From an uncultured Bacilli bacterium (GTDB lineage: Bacteria > Bacillota_I > Bacilli_A > RF39 > UBA660), in assembly GCA_947629315.1 (NCBI GenBank), contig CANRDB010000001.1, positions 4,829 through 68,828 on the forward strand: 64,000 nt of DNA, in the 5' to 3' direction. Below the pieces are notes generated by a model that was not told the origin of the DNA, did not search any database, and saw nothing but the letters and a program-made list of their open reading frames with translations. Each line of letters starts with the position of its first letter. Position 1 is the first letter of the stretch. The translations under genes were made by a program, and so were the position numbers. Shown piece after piece: positions 39,347 to 50,039 of the stretch.

Positions 39347-39579
39347 CTTCACGCCTCCTCTATTCTTATTAAGAGTATCATAAATTCCATAAAATATCAA
39401 TTATTCCTATTTCTTTTTTCATTATTTTTCTGCTAAAATTTTCTCATCCTTGAAATCTTATCACTAAAATCTTTGAAAAAGCATTTTGGAAGAATTTTCT
39501 CTTTGAAACTTTCTCGGAATCCAAAATTATTATTGTATTATTACATAAAATATTATAAAATAATCTCGGTGAGAAAAAT

Positions 39580-40512
39580 ATGGAATCAAAAGAAAAAGAA
39601 ATGGAAAAAATCTCTGCAAAAGAAGAAAAAGAAAAAAAGAAACCAAAAAAGAAAAAAAGAAAATGGAAATTAACTAAGCAAGATAAAAAGTTAATTGCTT
39701 TTAGTATTTTACTAATTGGAATTTTTCTTTGCGTTGATTCCTCTATTCATTTATATACTTGGTACAAAGATTCCAAAGAAATTCAAAATCTTACTGAAGA
39801 AATTAACGACAATGTCACCATCGAAGAAGTGAAGGAGGATACTAATACAAACGATAGTAATTCTCAATCTAACGTAGAAGTTATCGAACCAAAAGAAAAA
39901 CCAAAAACCAATAATCCTTATTGGGATTATATCAAAATGTCCCTTATCGATGTTGATTTTTCCAAATTAGAGAAAACTAACTCAGATGTTGTTGGATGGA
40001 TTCAAGTAAACGGAACAAACATCAATTATCCCTTTGTTCAAACAAATGATAACGAATATTATTTGACACATTCTTTTAATAAATCTCGAAATAGTGCGGG
40101 ATGGGTATTCTTAGATTATCGAAACGATATCACTACTTTGGATCAAAATAATATCTTGTATGCTCATGCACGTCTCGATAATACGATGTTTGGTTCTCTT
40201 AAAAATATTCTAAAAAATAACTGGTATAAAAATACCGATAATCATATTATTAAGTTATCTACCAAATATCAAAATACATTGTGGCAAGTCTTTAGTATCT
40301 ACCATATTCCTACTACAAATGATTACTTAACAATCGATTTTAGTAGTGAAGAAGAATTCAAAAAATTTGCGAGCATGCTTCAAAAACGAAGTAAATATAA
40401 GTTCGATACGACAGTTAGTGGAACTGATAAAATCTTAACATTATCCACTTGTTACAGTAATAATGAAAAATTAGTCATTCATGCCAAACTTATTAAAATT
40501 CAAAATAAATAA
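39580..40512 (+). CDS. srtB: Class B sortase
   Basis: Lys-rich N-terminus, a TM, and a sortase fold with conserved His (NILYAHAR) and catalytic TLSTC. Confidence 0.8.
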   Translation: MESKEKEMEKISAKEEKEKKKPKKKKRKWKLTKQDKKLIAFSILLIGIFLCVDSSIHLYTWYKDSKEIQNLTEEINDNVTIEEVKEDTNTNDSNSQSNVEVIEPKEKPKTNNPYWDYIKMSLIDVDFSKLEKTNSDVVGWIQVNGTNINYPFVQTNDNEYYLTHSFNKSRNSAGWVFLDYRNDITTLDQNNILYAHARLDNTMFGSLKNILKNNWYKNTDNHIIKLSTKYQNTLWQVFSIYHIPTTNDYLTIDFSSEEEFKKFASMLQKRSKYKFDTTVSGTDKILTLSTCYSNNEKLVIHAKLIKIQNK

Positions 40513-40543
40513 AAGGTATTCCCAATAAAATGGAATACCTTTT

Positions 40544-41194
40544 TTAATCGGTTAACCAAACACAATAGAGGGTTTCTTGTACTTTAATATCCTCTGGTGT
40601 AAAAGTATTAGCAATTTGTTGAAAAGCAGAATCGACAGAACCCATTTTAACGTTTCTTTCCATCTTCATAGGAGATAGACAAAGATCCGTCGTAGGCTGA
40701 AAGTCTACTTTTCGACAATCCTTTAATTGTTTTTGAGATGCTTCGGCAATCGCTAAAGCTTGTTCATAAGCATCCTGATAAGCCTTTTTCAAAACTTGTT
40801 TTTTTACTTTTTTTTCTTCCTTCACTCCAAAATGAACTTGATAAGCAGGAGGAGTCTCTAGTTTTGAGATTTCTTCCATCAACCGCGCTAAAAGTTCTTT
40901 ATCATAATCAAACTTTAAAAGAGCATACTGATTATACTGATAGCCATGTTTTTCATAACTTCTCGTCTGTTCATTATATTTTTGATCTTCCCGAATAACA
41001 AAACTACTAGTTTTTAAATCTTCCACAGTAAATTGATGAGGGAGGAGAATCTCTTTTACAAAAGTATCTACACTCTCTACCCCTTTTCGTAATACATCCT
41101 CATAACGATTATCAGTTGCGACAAACGTTAACGCTAAACGAACTTCATTTGGTTTTACAAACGAACTTCCTGTTCCTTGTACATAAATTTCCAT
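40544..41194 (-). CDS. SIMPL/DUF541-like protein
   Basis: 216 aa with the SIMPL-like pattern (EVRLALTFVATD...KAYQDAYEQALAIAEASQKQLKD). Confidence 0.45.
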   Translation of the reverse strand: MEIYVQGTGSSFVKPNEVRLALTFVATDNRYEDVLRKGVESVDTFVKEILLPHQFTVEDLKTSSFVIREDQKYNEQTRSYEKHGYQYNQYALLKFDYDKELLARLMEEISKLETPPAYQVHFGVKEEKKVKKQVLKKAYQDAYEQALAIAEASQKQLKDCRKVDFQPTTDLCLSPMKMERNVKMGSVDSAFQQIANTFTPEDIKVQETLYCVWLTD

Positions 41195-41206
41195 ATCTAT
41201 CGCTCC

Positions 41207-42493
41207 TTATTTCTTTGGTATAATAACTTCTTTACCACCCATATATGGTTGTAACACTTTTGGAATCTTCACACTTCCATCGGCTTGATAATTATTCTCT
41301 AACAAAGCAATTAAGGCTCTAGTAGAAGCTAATACCGTATTATTGAGAGTATGTAAATAATAGTTTCCTTTTTCACTCTTCGCACGAATACCTAATCTTC
41401 TTGCTTGAGCATCTGTTAAATTAGAGCAAGAACCAACTTCAAAGAACTTCTGTTGGCGAGGACTCCATGCTTCAATATCACATGATTTATATTTTAAATC
41501 CGCTAAATCCCCACTACAACATTCTAATTGTCTAACAGGAATATCTAAACTTCTAAATAATTCCACAGTAAATTGCCACATTTTTTCATACCATTCTTCA
41601 GAATCTTCTGGTTCACAGATGACAATCATTTCCTGCTTCTCAAATTGATGAACACGATAAATTCCTCTTTCTTCAATACCATGTGCTCCCACCTCTTTAC
41701 GGAAACAAGGAGAATAAGATGTCATCGTAATTGGTAAAGTTTCTTTCTTAATAATTTGATCTTTAAATTTACCAATCATAGAGTGTTCAGAAGTTCCAAT
41801 TAAATATAAATCTTCCCCTTCTATTTTGTACATCATAGCATCCATTTCCGCAAAAGACATCACTCCTGTTACGACATCACTTCTAATCATGAATGGTGGA
41901 ATGCAATACGTAAATCCTTTCTCAATCATAAAGTCACGAGCATAGGCAAGCATCGCACTAGATAGTCTAGCAGCATCTCCCATCAAATAATAAAAGCCAT
42001 TTCCAGAGGTTCTACTACTAGCTTCCTTATCTAATCCATTAAAACTTTCCAAAATATCCGCATGATAAGGAATCTCATAATCAGGAACAATCGCCTCTCC
42101 AAAACGTTTTAATTCCACATTTTCTGAATCGTCTTTACCGACAGGAACATCATCTGCAATGATATTAGGAATCACCATCATCTTCTCTTTAATCATTTGA
42201 CTTAATTCTTCTTCCCTAGATGTTAAAGTACTAATTTCAGATGACATTTCCGTAACTTTCTCCTTAATCGTCATCGCTTCTTCTTTTTTACCCTCCCTCA
42301 TAAGGGCGCCAATTTGGTCACTGAAACGATTCTTTTCAGCTCGTGCTTCATCCATCTTTTGTTTCGTCTCACGATATTCTTTATCCAAATCGTAAATTTC
42401 ATCGACAAGTCCCAATTTTTGCTCTTGAAACTTCTTGCGAATATTCTCTTTGACTAATTCTTTATTTTCTCTAATCAATTTAATATCTATCAT
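41207..42493 (-). CDS. serS: Seryl-tRNA synthetase
   Basis: MIDIKLIRENKELVKENIRKK..., N-terminal coiled coil, and class II core (FRKEVGAHG, GSCSN...). Start chosen at MIDIK after the ribosome-binding site GAAAGGTGATAAT. The longest ORF extends to 42580. Confidence 0.93.
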   Translation of the reverse strand: MIDIKLIRENKELVKENIRKKFQEQKLGLVDEIYDLDKEYRETKQKMDEARAEKNRFSDQIGALMREGKKEEAMTIKEKVTEMSSEISTLTSREEELSQMIKEKMMVIPNIIADDVPVGKDDSENVELKRFGEAIVPDYEIPYHADILESFNGLDKEASSRTSGNGFYYLMGDAARLSSAMLAYARDFMIEKGFTYCIPPFMIRSDVVTGVMSFAEMDAMMYKIEGEDLYLIGTSEHSMIGKFKDQIIKKETLPITMTSYSPCFRKEVGAHGIEERGIYRVHQFEKQEMIVICEPEDSEEWYEKMWQFTVELFRSLDIPVRQLECCSGDLADLKYKSCDIEAWSPRQQKFFEVGSCSNLTDAQARRLGIRAKSEKGNYYLHTLNNTVLASTRALIALLENNYQADGSVKIPKVLQPYMGGKEVIIPKK

Positions 42494-42547
42494 ATTATCA
42501 CCTTTCTTTACTATCATGAAATGATTATAAAATGAGAACTTAAAACT

Positions 42548-42745
42548 AAAAAAGACCAAAGGTATAGGAGTGCATAACACGGTACCATCCTACTTTGGTC
42601 TTAATTTCTTGATAACGGATTTATCCGAAAATGTTTACATTTCTCTCAGAAGTAGATTCATAATCCTCTGATGATTCCCTCACACCAACTGGGAACTCTC
42701 TTCGCATCATCCTATTATTACTAGTCTTCGTCCTCGATTTCTAGA
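42548..42745 (-). promoter_or_regulatory. T-box riboswitch leader of serS
   Basis: Minus-strand RNA contains AGAGAG, then the T-box sequence AAGTAGGATGGTACCGTG, then a terminator gaccaaagg...cctttggtc-UUUUUU that overlaps the antiterminator. A promoter TTGACA-17-TAAAAT lies at 42750..42778. Confidence 0.8.
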
Positions 42746-42819
42746 GTTTATTTTATCACGAAAGAATTTCCTTGTCAACAAAAGGCTCGCCCTATTTACC
42801 TTTGAAAGGGATTTCTTTT

Positions 42820-43704
42820 TTATTCACTTTCTTCCGGTTCAATATGAATTTGAATATATTGAATCGAATGACTAAATTTCTTAATCTTGGTTTCTAAAAT
42901 GTCAGCGATATCATGCGATTTTCTAAGGGAGGTATTTCCTTTCATCGTAATGATAAGATTCAAAGTAGATACCGAACCATAACGCATCAAAATGACATCT
43001 TTCACGTTGACAACACCATGTTGTTTCGCAATCAATTGTCTTAATCGATTTAAATAATCTTCATTCGTTTCTCTTTGCCCGAGAAGAGTACTGATATTTT
43101 CTCTCATAATACCAATTCCTACCCCGAAAATAAAGAGTCCAATGAGAATGGCTGCTGCTTTTTCAGCATAGAGGAGAATAGGAAATTGATCACTAAATTG
43201 AATTAGGATAGAAGAAAATAATACGACAATCGAACTAACGACATCTGTCCTACTCTCTTTTCCACTAGATAATAAGATAGCATTTTTATATTGCTTTCCC
43301 TTACGAATAATGTAACTAGATAAAAAATATTTAGCAAAGATTGTAAGCAAGGAAACTACAATCACTATCGCACTGGATACCTGTGCTTTACTAAGGAGAG
43401 AATTATAAATCACTCCAACACCCACACCAAGAATCATGACACTAATCCCTAAACTTGTTAGATATTCTGCGTTTCCATGGCCAAAAGGATGTTCCAAATC
43501 CGCCGGTTTTTGAGAAATATGACTACCAATAATTGCAAAAAAATCTGTCACTAAATCACTAAAAGAGTGAATTCCATCAGCAATTAAAGCCGTAGAGGTA
43601 AAGACAATTCCCGATACAATTTTAGAAATCGCTAAAAGAATATTGGTAACAACACTAACCGTCATTACCCTACTCACTTTATGCTCTTTTGTTTTCATTT
43701 CCAT
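42820..43704 (-). CDS. Cation diffusion facilitator (CDF) family metal efflux transporter
   Basis: 6-TM N-terminal domain (ADGIHSFSDLVTD) plus a C-terminal cytoplasmic domain. Confidence 0.8.
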   Translation of the reverse strand: MEMKTKEHKVSRVMTVSVVTNILLAISKIVSGIVFTSTALIADGIHSFSDLVTDFFAIIGSHISQKPADLEHPFGHGNAEYLTSLGISVMILGVGVGVIYNSLLSKAQVSSAIVIVVSLLTIFAKYFLSSYIIRKGKQYKNAILLSSGKESRTDVVSSIVVLFSSILIQFSDQFPILLYAEKAAAILIGLFIFGVGIGIMRENISTLLGQRETNEDYLNRLRQLIAKQHGVVNVKDVILMRYGSVSTLNLIITMKGNTSLRKSHDIADILETKIKKFSHSIQYIQIHIEPEESE

Positions 43705-43711
43705 AAGTCAC

Positions 43712-46291
43712 CTATTTTGCTTGATACCAATCGCTACCGTACTCGACATCCACTTTTAAAGGTACTTCTAATTCCATTACCTGTTCCATACAATCGACTA
43801 CAATTTGTTTTACTTTTTCAAATTCACTTTCTAGGCAATCGAAAACGAGTTCGTCGTGAACTTGAACAATCATCTTAGACTGAATATGTTCTCTTCGAAA
43901 AGCAGCATCAATATCAATCATTGCTTTTTTGATAATATCCGCACTCGTTCCCTGAATAGGAGTATTTAGAGCCATCCGCTCTGCTCCCTGTCGAATCATA
44001 TAATTTTTATTCTCTAATTCTGGAATCGTTCTTTTACGGTGAAACATCGTTCGCACATAGCCATTCTGATGAGCAGACTGAATTGTCTCATCCATATAGG
44101 TTTGAACACCTGGATAAGTACCCATATAGTTATCGATAAAGTTTTGAGCCTCTTTAGGAGTTACTCCAATATTTTCCGATAATCCATAACTACTAATTCC
44201 ATAGATGATTCCAAAATTCACTGCTTTAGCGACTCTTCGCATATCTTTTGTAACTTCCTGTTCCCCTACTTTAAAAATATCACTAGCCGTCTTACTATGA
44301 ATGTCTGCTCCTTCTTGGAAAGCTTGAATCAATTGTGGAATATGCGCTACATGGGCCAAGATACGAAGTTCAATCTGCGAATAATCACTACTTACAATAA
44401 GAGAATTAGGACTAGGCACAAAAGCCTTACGAATGAGTTTTCCATATTCATGACGAATCGGTATGTTTTGAAGATTTGGTTCAATGGAAGAAAGTCTTCC
44501 AGTACGAGTTAACGTCTGCGTATAAATCGTATGGATTTTTCCATCGTCCATAATCATGTCGATTAATCCTTCAATGTAAGTGGTATACAATTTTGTCAGC
44601 ATGCGATATTCTAAAATTTCTGGAATAATAGGATGTTTATCCTTTAATTTTTCGAGAACATCAGCAGCGGTTGAATATCCATTTTTTCCTTTCTTTCCAT
44701 GTGGAAGATTCAGTTTTTCAAACAATACTTCCCCTAATTGTACAGGAGAGGAGATGTTAAATTCTTCACCAGCATAGTTATAAATCGTATTTTTAGTAAG
44801 ATCGATTTTAATTTGAATTTCTTCTCCCATCTCTTGTAATGTTTTTTTATTCACACAGATACCATTATATTCCATAGTTGCTAAAACGTTTGATAAAGGC
44901 ATCTCGATTTCATAAAATAAATTTAATAATTCTTCTTGTTTCAAAGCTTCTAACAATTGCTTTTTTGTCTCATAAATAAATTTCGCTTTCGCAATACAAG
45001 CCCGTTCTATCTTTTCTTCTTCATACCCTTTTTTCTTATCGTAAAGTTCTTCTTTAAAGGGAATAGAATACCCTAGTTCATTTGCTAGATAAGCAATATC
45101 TTCCTTTTGATTATATTCCAAAAGATAAGAAGCAATCATCGTATCATATTCTACTTGATCAATATCAATACCATGCCACTTTAAGGCAACCGTTACTCTT
45201 TTCGCATCATAAGTATCTTTTTTTGCTTTCGTTAAAAAGAGAGGCTTTTCTTTCAAGATAGAATAAGGAACAAAATACCCTTTCTTTCCATCATAAACTC
45301 CCATACCAAGAAGATCAGTATGGTGATAATTGGAGTCCGTAGTCCCTAGATAAATCGCACACTCTGTAATGGTATCTAAGATACTTCCATCTGTCACTAC
45401 CTCATAAGAAATATCCTCTTGAATAGTTTTTGGCTCTCTTTTTTTCAAGAACGAATAAAACTCTAAATCCTCATATAAAGCATTCAATTTCTCAGTATCC
45501 TCTGGACGATAGAGAATATCATCCATATGAATTTCTAAAGGAACATTCCTTTCAATGGTAGCAATTTCATAACTCATGTATGCATCTTCTTTACCAGCCA
45601 CCAATTTATCATGCGTAGCTCCTTTCATTTCATCAATATGTTGATAGAGATTATCCAAAGTACCATACTCCACTAATAATTTTAGAGCAGTCTTCTCACC
45701 AATTCCTTTTACTCCCGGAATATTGTCAGAAGCATCTCCCATCAATGCTTTTAAATCAATCATACGAATGGGTTCAATGCCATACGCTTCTTGAAAGGTC
45801 TTTGGATTATAACGAATATAATCCTTTTGTTTTAACAATTTAATATCGACTTGATTCGATAACAATTGTAGTAAGTCTTTGTCACTACTAATGATTGTTC
45901 CTACATAATTGGGATCCTCATCACAAATACGTGCGAATGTTCCTATAATATCATCTGCTTCATAGTTATCTATTTCATAATACTGAATTCCCATATATCC
46001 AAGCATTTCTTTGGCAATGGGAAATTGTACTTTCAATTCTTCAGGAGTTTCTATTCTCCCTCCTTTATAGAAATCGTACTTAGCATGTCGAAAGGTTTTC
46101 CCTTTATCAAACGCAACAAGAATTCTAGTTGGCTGTTCTTCCTCAATAATCTTATTCATCATATTGGTAAAACCAAATAAGGCATTCGTTGGAAATCCCT
46201 TACTATTCTTCATAAAATTTCCATTATAAGCCGTCGCATAGTAACTTCTAAATAACAAGTTATTTCCGTCTACTAATATAATTTTCTCCAC
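43712..46291 (-). CDS. polA: DNA polymerase I
   Basis: 859 aa with a 5'-3' exonuclease N-terminus (MEKIILVDGNNLLFRSYYA), a 3'-5' exonuclease-like domain and polymerase motifs (RRVAKAVNFGIIYG, QVHDELVF). Confidence 0.97.
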   Translation of the reverse strand: MEKIILVDGNNLLFRSYYATAYNGNFMKNSKGFPTNALFGFTNMMNKIIEEEQPTRILVAFDKGKTFRHAKYDFYKGGRIETPEELKVQFPIAKEMLGYMGIQYYEIDNYEADDIIGTFARICDEDPNYVGTIISSDKDLLQLLSNQVDIKLLKQKDYIRYNPKTFQEAYGIEPIRMIDLKALMGDASDNIPGVKGIGEKTALKLLVEYGTLDNLYQHIDEMKGATHDKLVAGKEDAYMSYEIATIERNVPLEIHMDDILYRPEDTEKLNALYEDLEFYSFLKKREPKTIQEDISYEVVTDGSILDTITECAIYLGTTDSNYHHTDLLGMGVYDGKKGYFVPYSILKEKPLFLTKAKKDTYDAKRVTVALKWHGIDIDQVEYDTMIASYLLEYNQKEDIAYLANELGYSIPFKEELYDKKKGYEEEKIERACIAKAKFIYETKKQLLEALKQEELLNLFYEIEMPLSNVLATMEYNGICVNKKTLQEMGEEIQIKIDLTKNTIYNYAGEEFNISSPVQLGEVLFEKLNLPHGKKGKNGYSTAADVLEKLKDKHPIIPEILEYRMLTKLYTTYIEGLIDMIMDDGKIHTIYTQTLTRTGRLSSIEPNLQNIPIRHEYGKLIRKAFVPSPNSLIVSSDYSQIELRILAHVAHIPQLIQAFQEGADIHSKTASDIFKVGEQEVTKDMRRVAKAVNFGIIYGISSYGLSENIGVTPKEAQNFIDNYMGTYPGVQTYMDETIQSAHQNGYVRTMFHRKRTIPELENKNYMIRQGAERMALNTPIQGTSADIIKKAMIDIDAAFRREHIQSKMIVQVHDELVFDCLESEFEKVKQIVVDCMEQVMELEVPLKVDVEYGSDWYQAK

Positions 46292-46496
46292 TATATATTC
46301 ACCTTCTTATGTCCTATTATACCATAAATGATGAATTCCTACTTATCTATTTGGCAATAAGACTAAAAGTCATTATTTTACAAAAAAAAGTAGCGCTTTC
46401 CCTATCGGATATGTCTACTCTTTTGGTTTTTCTAAACTTTCTACTAACTATTTATAAATTCATTCTACCATTTTTATGATTAACAATAAAATTTTT

Positions 46497-47177
46497 TTAC
46501 TGAATATGATACTTTCTCTTACAAACACAGTCTTTTATCTTATGAAATCCAAACCATTCAAAAGATTCTCTACGGTGAATACGATAAGTTCCTTTACTCA
46601 AGGAAACGAGAGAAATTTTACAAGCAACATCTTTTCCTGGGCTAGAAATAAAATAAGATAATAAAACTTGGGCATCTCTTTTTAAAATGGAAGACAGTTT
46701 CGTCATGACATAAAAAGAAAAAGGGTCCTCCATTTCTTTTTCTAATTTCAAATTACATAAAAATAGAAAATCATAAGTATGAGAAATTTGATGGATTTGA
46801 AATAAATCTACATAAAAATAATGATATTTCACCTGTTCTATTCTTTTTACCGTTTCTTGATATTGTTCTTCTGTTTTTAGATACTCATTTCGAGTAATAA
46901 TTGTCCTTTGACTGACATTGGTTTCTAAAATTTTAGAATGGATTAATTTTTTCCCATCATAGTCAAAGTCTTCATAAATCATATCCCAATAAAGGGAACA
47001 ATCTTCTGGTAAAAATGGTTTTATTCGCAAATATGTTTTATAAGAGAAAACACCTTGATTCTCACTATGTGTTTTTTTAGTATGATCAATAAAAAAATTC
47101 AAAAATTCTTGATAAGTAAGAACCTTTAAGGCTCCTAATTTTAATTCTACCATATATTGTTGGATTTTTCGTTTCAT
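46497..47177 (-). CDS. Hypothetical protein
   Basis: 226-aa ORF with no recognisable motifs. Confidence 0.35.
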   Translation of the reverse strand: MKRKIQQYMVELKLGALKVLTYQEFLNFFIDHTKKTHSENQGVFSYKTYLRIKPFLPEDCSLYWDMIYEDFDYDGKKLIHSKILETNVSQRTIITRNEYLKTEEQYQETVKRIEQVKYHYFYVDLFQIHQISHTYDFLFLCNLKLEKEMEDPFSFYVMTKLSSILKRDAQVLLSYFISSPGKDVACKISLVSLSKGTYRIHRRESFEWFGFHKIKDCVCKRKYHIQ

Positions 47178-47210
47178 GATATAATAGGTTTACATTAGGA
47201 GGACATAGAT

Positions 47211-48680
47211 ATGTATCGTAATCAAAAAATATTAATCGGAGTTGGAAAACAAGAACTCGCAATTTTACCAAATATGGCTAATCGTCATGGACTCATTACG
47301 GGAGCTTCTGGTAGTGGAAAAACCATTACCCTAAAAGTAATGGCAGAAAGTTTTTCTAGTGCAGGCATACCGGTTGTATTAGCCGATATCAAAGGAGATT
47401 TAGCAGGAATGCCTTTTCCAGGTGCTTCCAATGACAAAATAGAAGAACGGCTTCAAACCCTAGCCATTTCTGACTTTACCTTTGAAAACTTCCCTACTCA
47501 TTTTTGGGATGTCTATGGAGAATTTGGGCATCCTATTCGGACAACCATTGAAAATGTTGGTTCTGACTTATTAGCGCGAATGTTGGGACTAACAGAGGCT
47601 CAAACAGGTGTCTTAACCATCGTCTTTAAGATTGCAAAAGACAATGGTTGGAAATTAATCGATTTAAAAGATTTAAGACTTGTATTACAGTATGTGGGTG
47701 ATAACCGCAGTCAATATACCTTAGAATATGGTAATGTCTCTCTACAAAGTATTGGAACGATTCAACGGAATTTACTCGTGTTAGAGGAACAAGGAGGAGA
47801 TTTCTTCTTTGGAGAACCCAGTATTTCCATCAAAGATTTTATTCGGTTCGATCCAACTGATGGTCGTGGTTTTATCAATGTCATTCATGCCGTAAAATTA
47901 TTTCAAAAGCCAAATCTCTATGCTACTTTTCTCCTCTGGCTGTTAACCGATTTATACAATACTCTTCCAGAAGTGGGAGATATCGCGAAACCTAAAATTG
48001 TTTTCTTCTTTGATGAAGCCCATCTTCTCTTTGAAGAAATGCCAGATTATATGATTAAAAAAGTGACACAAATCGTCAAACTGATTCGTTCAAAAGGAAT
48101 TGGTCTTTACTTTATTTCACAAAGTCCAAAAGATATTCCAGAAGAGGTTCTACCACAGTTAGGGAATCGTATTCAACATGCTTTAAGAGCCTATACTCCA
48201 GCAGAACAAAAAGTGATTAAAGCAGCCGCTAGTTCTTTCCGAGAAAATCCAGAAATCAATACGGAAGAAGCCATCATGTCTTTAGGAACAGGAGAAGCTT
48301 TAATCTCTTTCTTAAACGAAGAGGGAGAACCCAATATGGTAGAAGAAGCAACCATTCTTCCACCACAAAGTAGAATGGGAACCATTACAGAAGAAGAACG
48401 CCATTCCATTCTTGATAAAAGCCTCTTTAAAGGAAAATATGATACCAAGATAGACAATGAATCTGCCTATGAAAATTTAAAAATAGTCATAGAGGAAAAA
48501 CAGAAAGCGGAAGCACTCGCCTTAGAACAAAAACAAAAAGAAAAAGAAGAAAAGGCAAAAGCAAAAGAGAAAAAAAAGAAATCCAAAGCGGAAAAAGCAG
48601 CTGATAAAGTCACCAATTCGGCTATGAATACTTTAGGAAGAAAAATTGGCAATTCCCTATTCAAAGGACTATTTAAATAA
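47211..48680 (+). CDS. HerA/DUF853-like P-loop ATPase
   Basis: GLITGASGSGKTITLKVMAE Walker A, FFFDEAHLLF Walker B, and a Lys/Glu-rich C-terminal tail. Confidence 0.65.
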   Translation: MYRNQKILIGVGKQELAILPNMANRHGLITGASGSGKTITLKVMAESFSSAGIPVVLADIKGDLAGMPFPGASNDKIEERLQTLAISDFTFENFPTHFWDVYGEFGHPIRTTIENVGSDLLARMLGLTEAQTGVLTIVFKIAKDNGWKLIDLKDLRLVLQYVGDNRSQYTLEYGNVSLQSIGTIQRNLLVLEEQGGDFFFGEPSISIKDFIRFDPTDGRGFINVIHAVKLFQKPNLYATFLLWLLTDLYNTLPEVGDIAKPKIVFFFDEAHLLFEEMPDYMIKKVTQIVKLIRSKGIGLYFISQSPKDIPEEVLPQLGNRIQHALRAYTPAEQKVIKAAASSFRENPEINTEEAIMSLGTGEALISFLNEEGEPNMVEEATILPPQSRMGTITEEERHSILDKSLFKGKYDTKIDNESAYENLKIVIEEKQKAEALALEQKQKEKEEKAKAKEKKKKSKAEKAADKVTNSAMNTLGRKIGNSLFKGLFK

Positions 48681-48917
48681 CCATAAAAGAAAAGTCCACA
48701 AAATACAAGTAAGAGGAATTACTAAAAGAAACTTTCCTTTTCGATTCTTATGGTGAAAATAAAACATCGCAAATAGAGCACCAAAACTTCCCCCTATCCA
48801 AGCACTGCCAAGAAGATAGCGTTCGGGAATACGGTACTCTTTTTTCTTACTCTTCTGCTTATCTACTCCAAAAAGAAAAAAACTGACTATATTCATTACG
48901 AAAAAATAATAAAGCAT
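48669..48917 (-). CDS. DUF1294 membrane protein
   Basis: MLYYFFVMNIVSFFLFGVDKQKSKKKEYRIPERYLLGSAWIGGSFGALFAMFYFHHKNRK. GGGAGG ribosome-binding site. The longest ORF extends to 49034. Confidence 0.6.
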   Translation of the reverse strand: MLYYFFVMNIVSFFLFGVDKQKSKKKEYRIPERYLLGSAWIGGSFGALFAMFYFHHKNRKGKFLLVIPLTCILWTFLLWLFK

Positions 48918-48974
48918 ATGCCTTCCTCCCTTGAATTTCCTTATTCTATAAGGTATAATGAAGTTGGTGGTTGT

Positions 48975-49544
48975 ATGAAAATGATTGATTTTATGACAAA
49001 AACAGAATATATGCCGTCTAATCAAGAGAAACAAGATATCAAAATGGCACTGATTCTCCCTGATGGAACCATATTATTAGCAGACAAATCTCATGATGAC
49101 AAACCCATGAGGAATTATGGGGTAACTGGTCCTAGAAAGACGGTAGAAGTACATGTGGATTATGTTAGAATTCTCTGTGAACACTTTTTTCGCGATGATC
49201 AAGAATTATTAGAATACGCAAATCAAGAAAATTTTTATGCAGTCATTATGCACTGGATTCAACAGGGAATTGTCCTATTTAACAATAGTACTACTTACGA
49301 AGGACCAACGTTTATTCTGCATGGAAAACACGGGCAATTACTCATTCCAGATGATATCATCACCGAAGAACAAATCGAATCTTTATCATCCTTACAACCT
49401 TTCATAGATTATTTCCGAGATATTGAAGTAAAAAAGTTTACAACACAGGAACCAAATATTCATGCTGCTACAGAATTCTGTAGTGGAAATGAAGCAATAC
49501 CAACCTATTTAAAAGAAAAAGTCGGTCATGCGAAAACTTCCTAA
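48975..49544 (+). CDS. Hypothetical protein
   Basis: ORF 48918..49544; likely start MKMIDFMTK. Confidence 0.35.
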   Translation: MKMIDFMTKTEYMPSNQEKQDIKMALILPDGTILLADKSHDDKPMRNYGVTGPRKTVEVHVDYVRILCEHFFRDDQELLEYANQENFYAVIMHWIQQGIVLFNNSTTYEGPTFILHGKHGQLLIPDDIITEEQIESLSSLQPFIDYFRDIEVKKFTTQEPNIHAATEFCSGNEAIPTYLKEKVGHAKTS

Positions 49545-50019
49545 GTTACTCGTTATTTCCAATTTGGATTCTTGGCATGCAGAAGCTTTTTACCCTCAAA
49601 ATAATCTTAGAAATCATAAAGAGTATTGGGAATTATACATGAAAAGACATCCCAATTTATGTCTTGATTATAATCAATCAAAAACGGAAACAGCCCTTAT
49701 GGTCGCTTCGACACAAAAATTAGTATGGATGGACATTTCTAGTAATCCACAACAGGAAACGCACAAGAGTGGTATCCTTTTTTTACCAAAGAATCCATCC
49801 GATTCTCTATTATCTACTCTTTTTCTTTTAAAAGACTGTTTACAGGAACTCGCATTTCTAGAACTCGTCTATAATATTATAGAGAAAGATGGAACATATC
49901 GGTATCAATCAATGATTGGCATATCCCAAAAAGGAAAAAAATCAACCGATGTGATTGACCTATTCTATGAAAAATACTATTCAAAGGAATCTCATCCTAT
50001 CAAACAAAAAATAAGTTAA
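49528..50019 (+). CDS. Hypothetical protein
   Basis: 163-aa ORF overlapping the previous gene by 17 nt. Confidence 0.35.
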   Translation: MRKLPKLLVISNLDSWHAEAFYPQNNLRNHKEYWELYMKRHPNLCLDYNQSKTETALMVASTQKLVWMDISSNPQQETHKSGILFLPKNPSDSLLSTLFLLKDCLQELAFLELVYNIIEKDGTYRYQSMIGISQKGKKSTDVIDLFYEKYYSKESHPIKQKIS

Positions 50020-50039
50020 CGCATCCCTAATATGCGTTT

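Noticed and set aside
39473-39673. Lys-rich 66-aa ORF and A-rich low-complexity DNA at the sortase 5' end
   Set aside because: Overlaps the sortase start in another frame. The poly-A/AAG tract simply encodes the Lys/Glu-rich sortase N-terminus.
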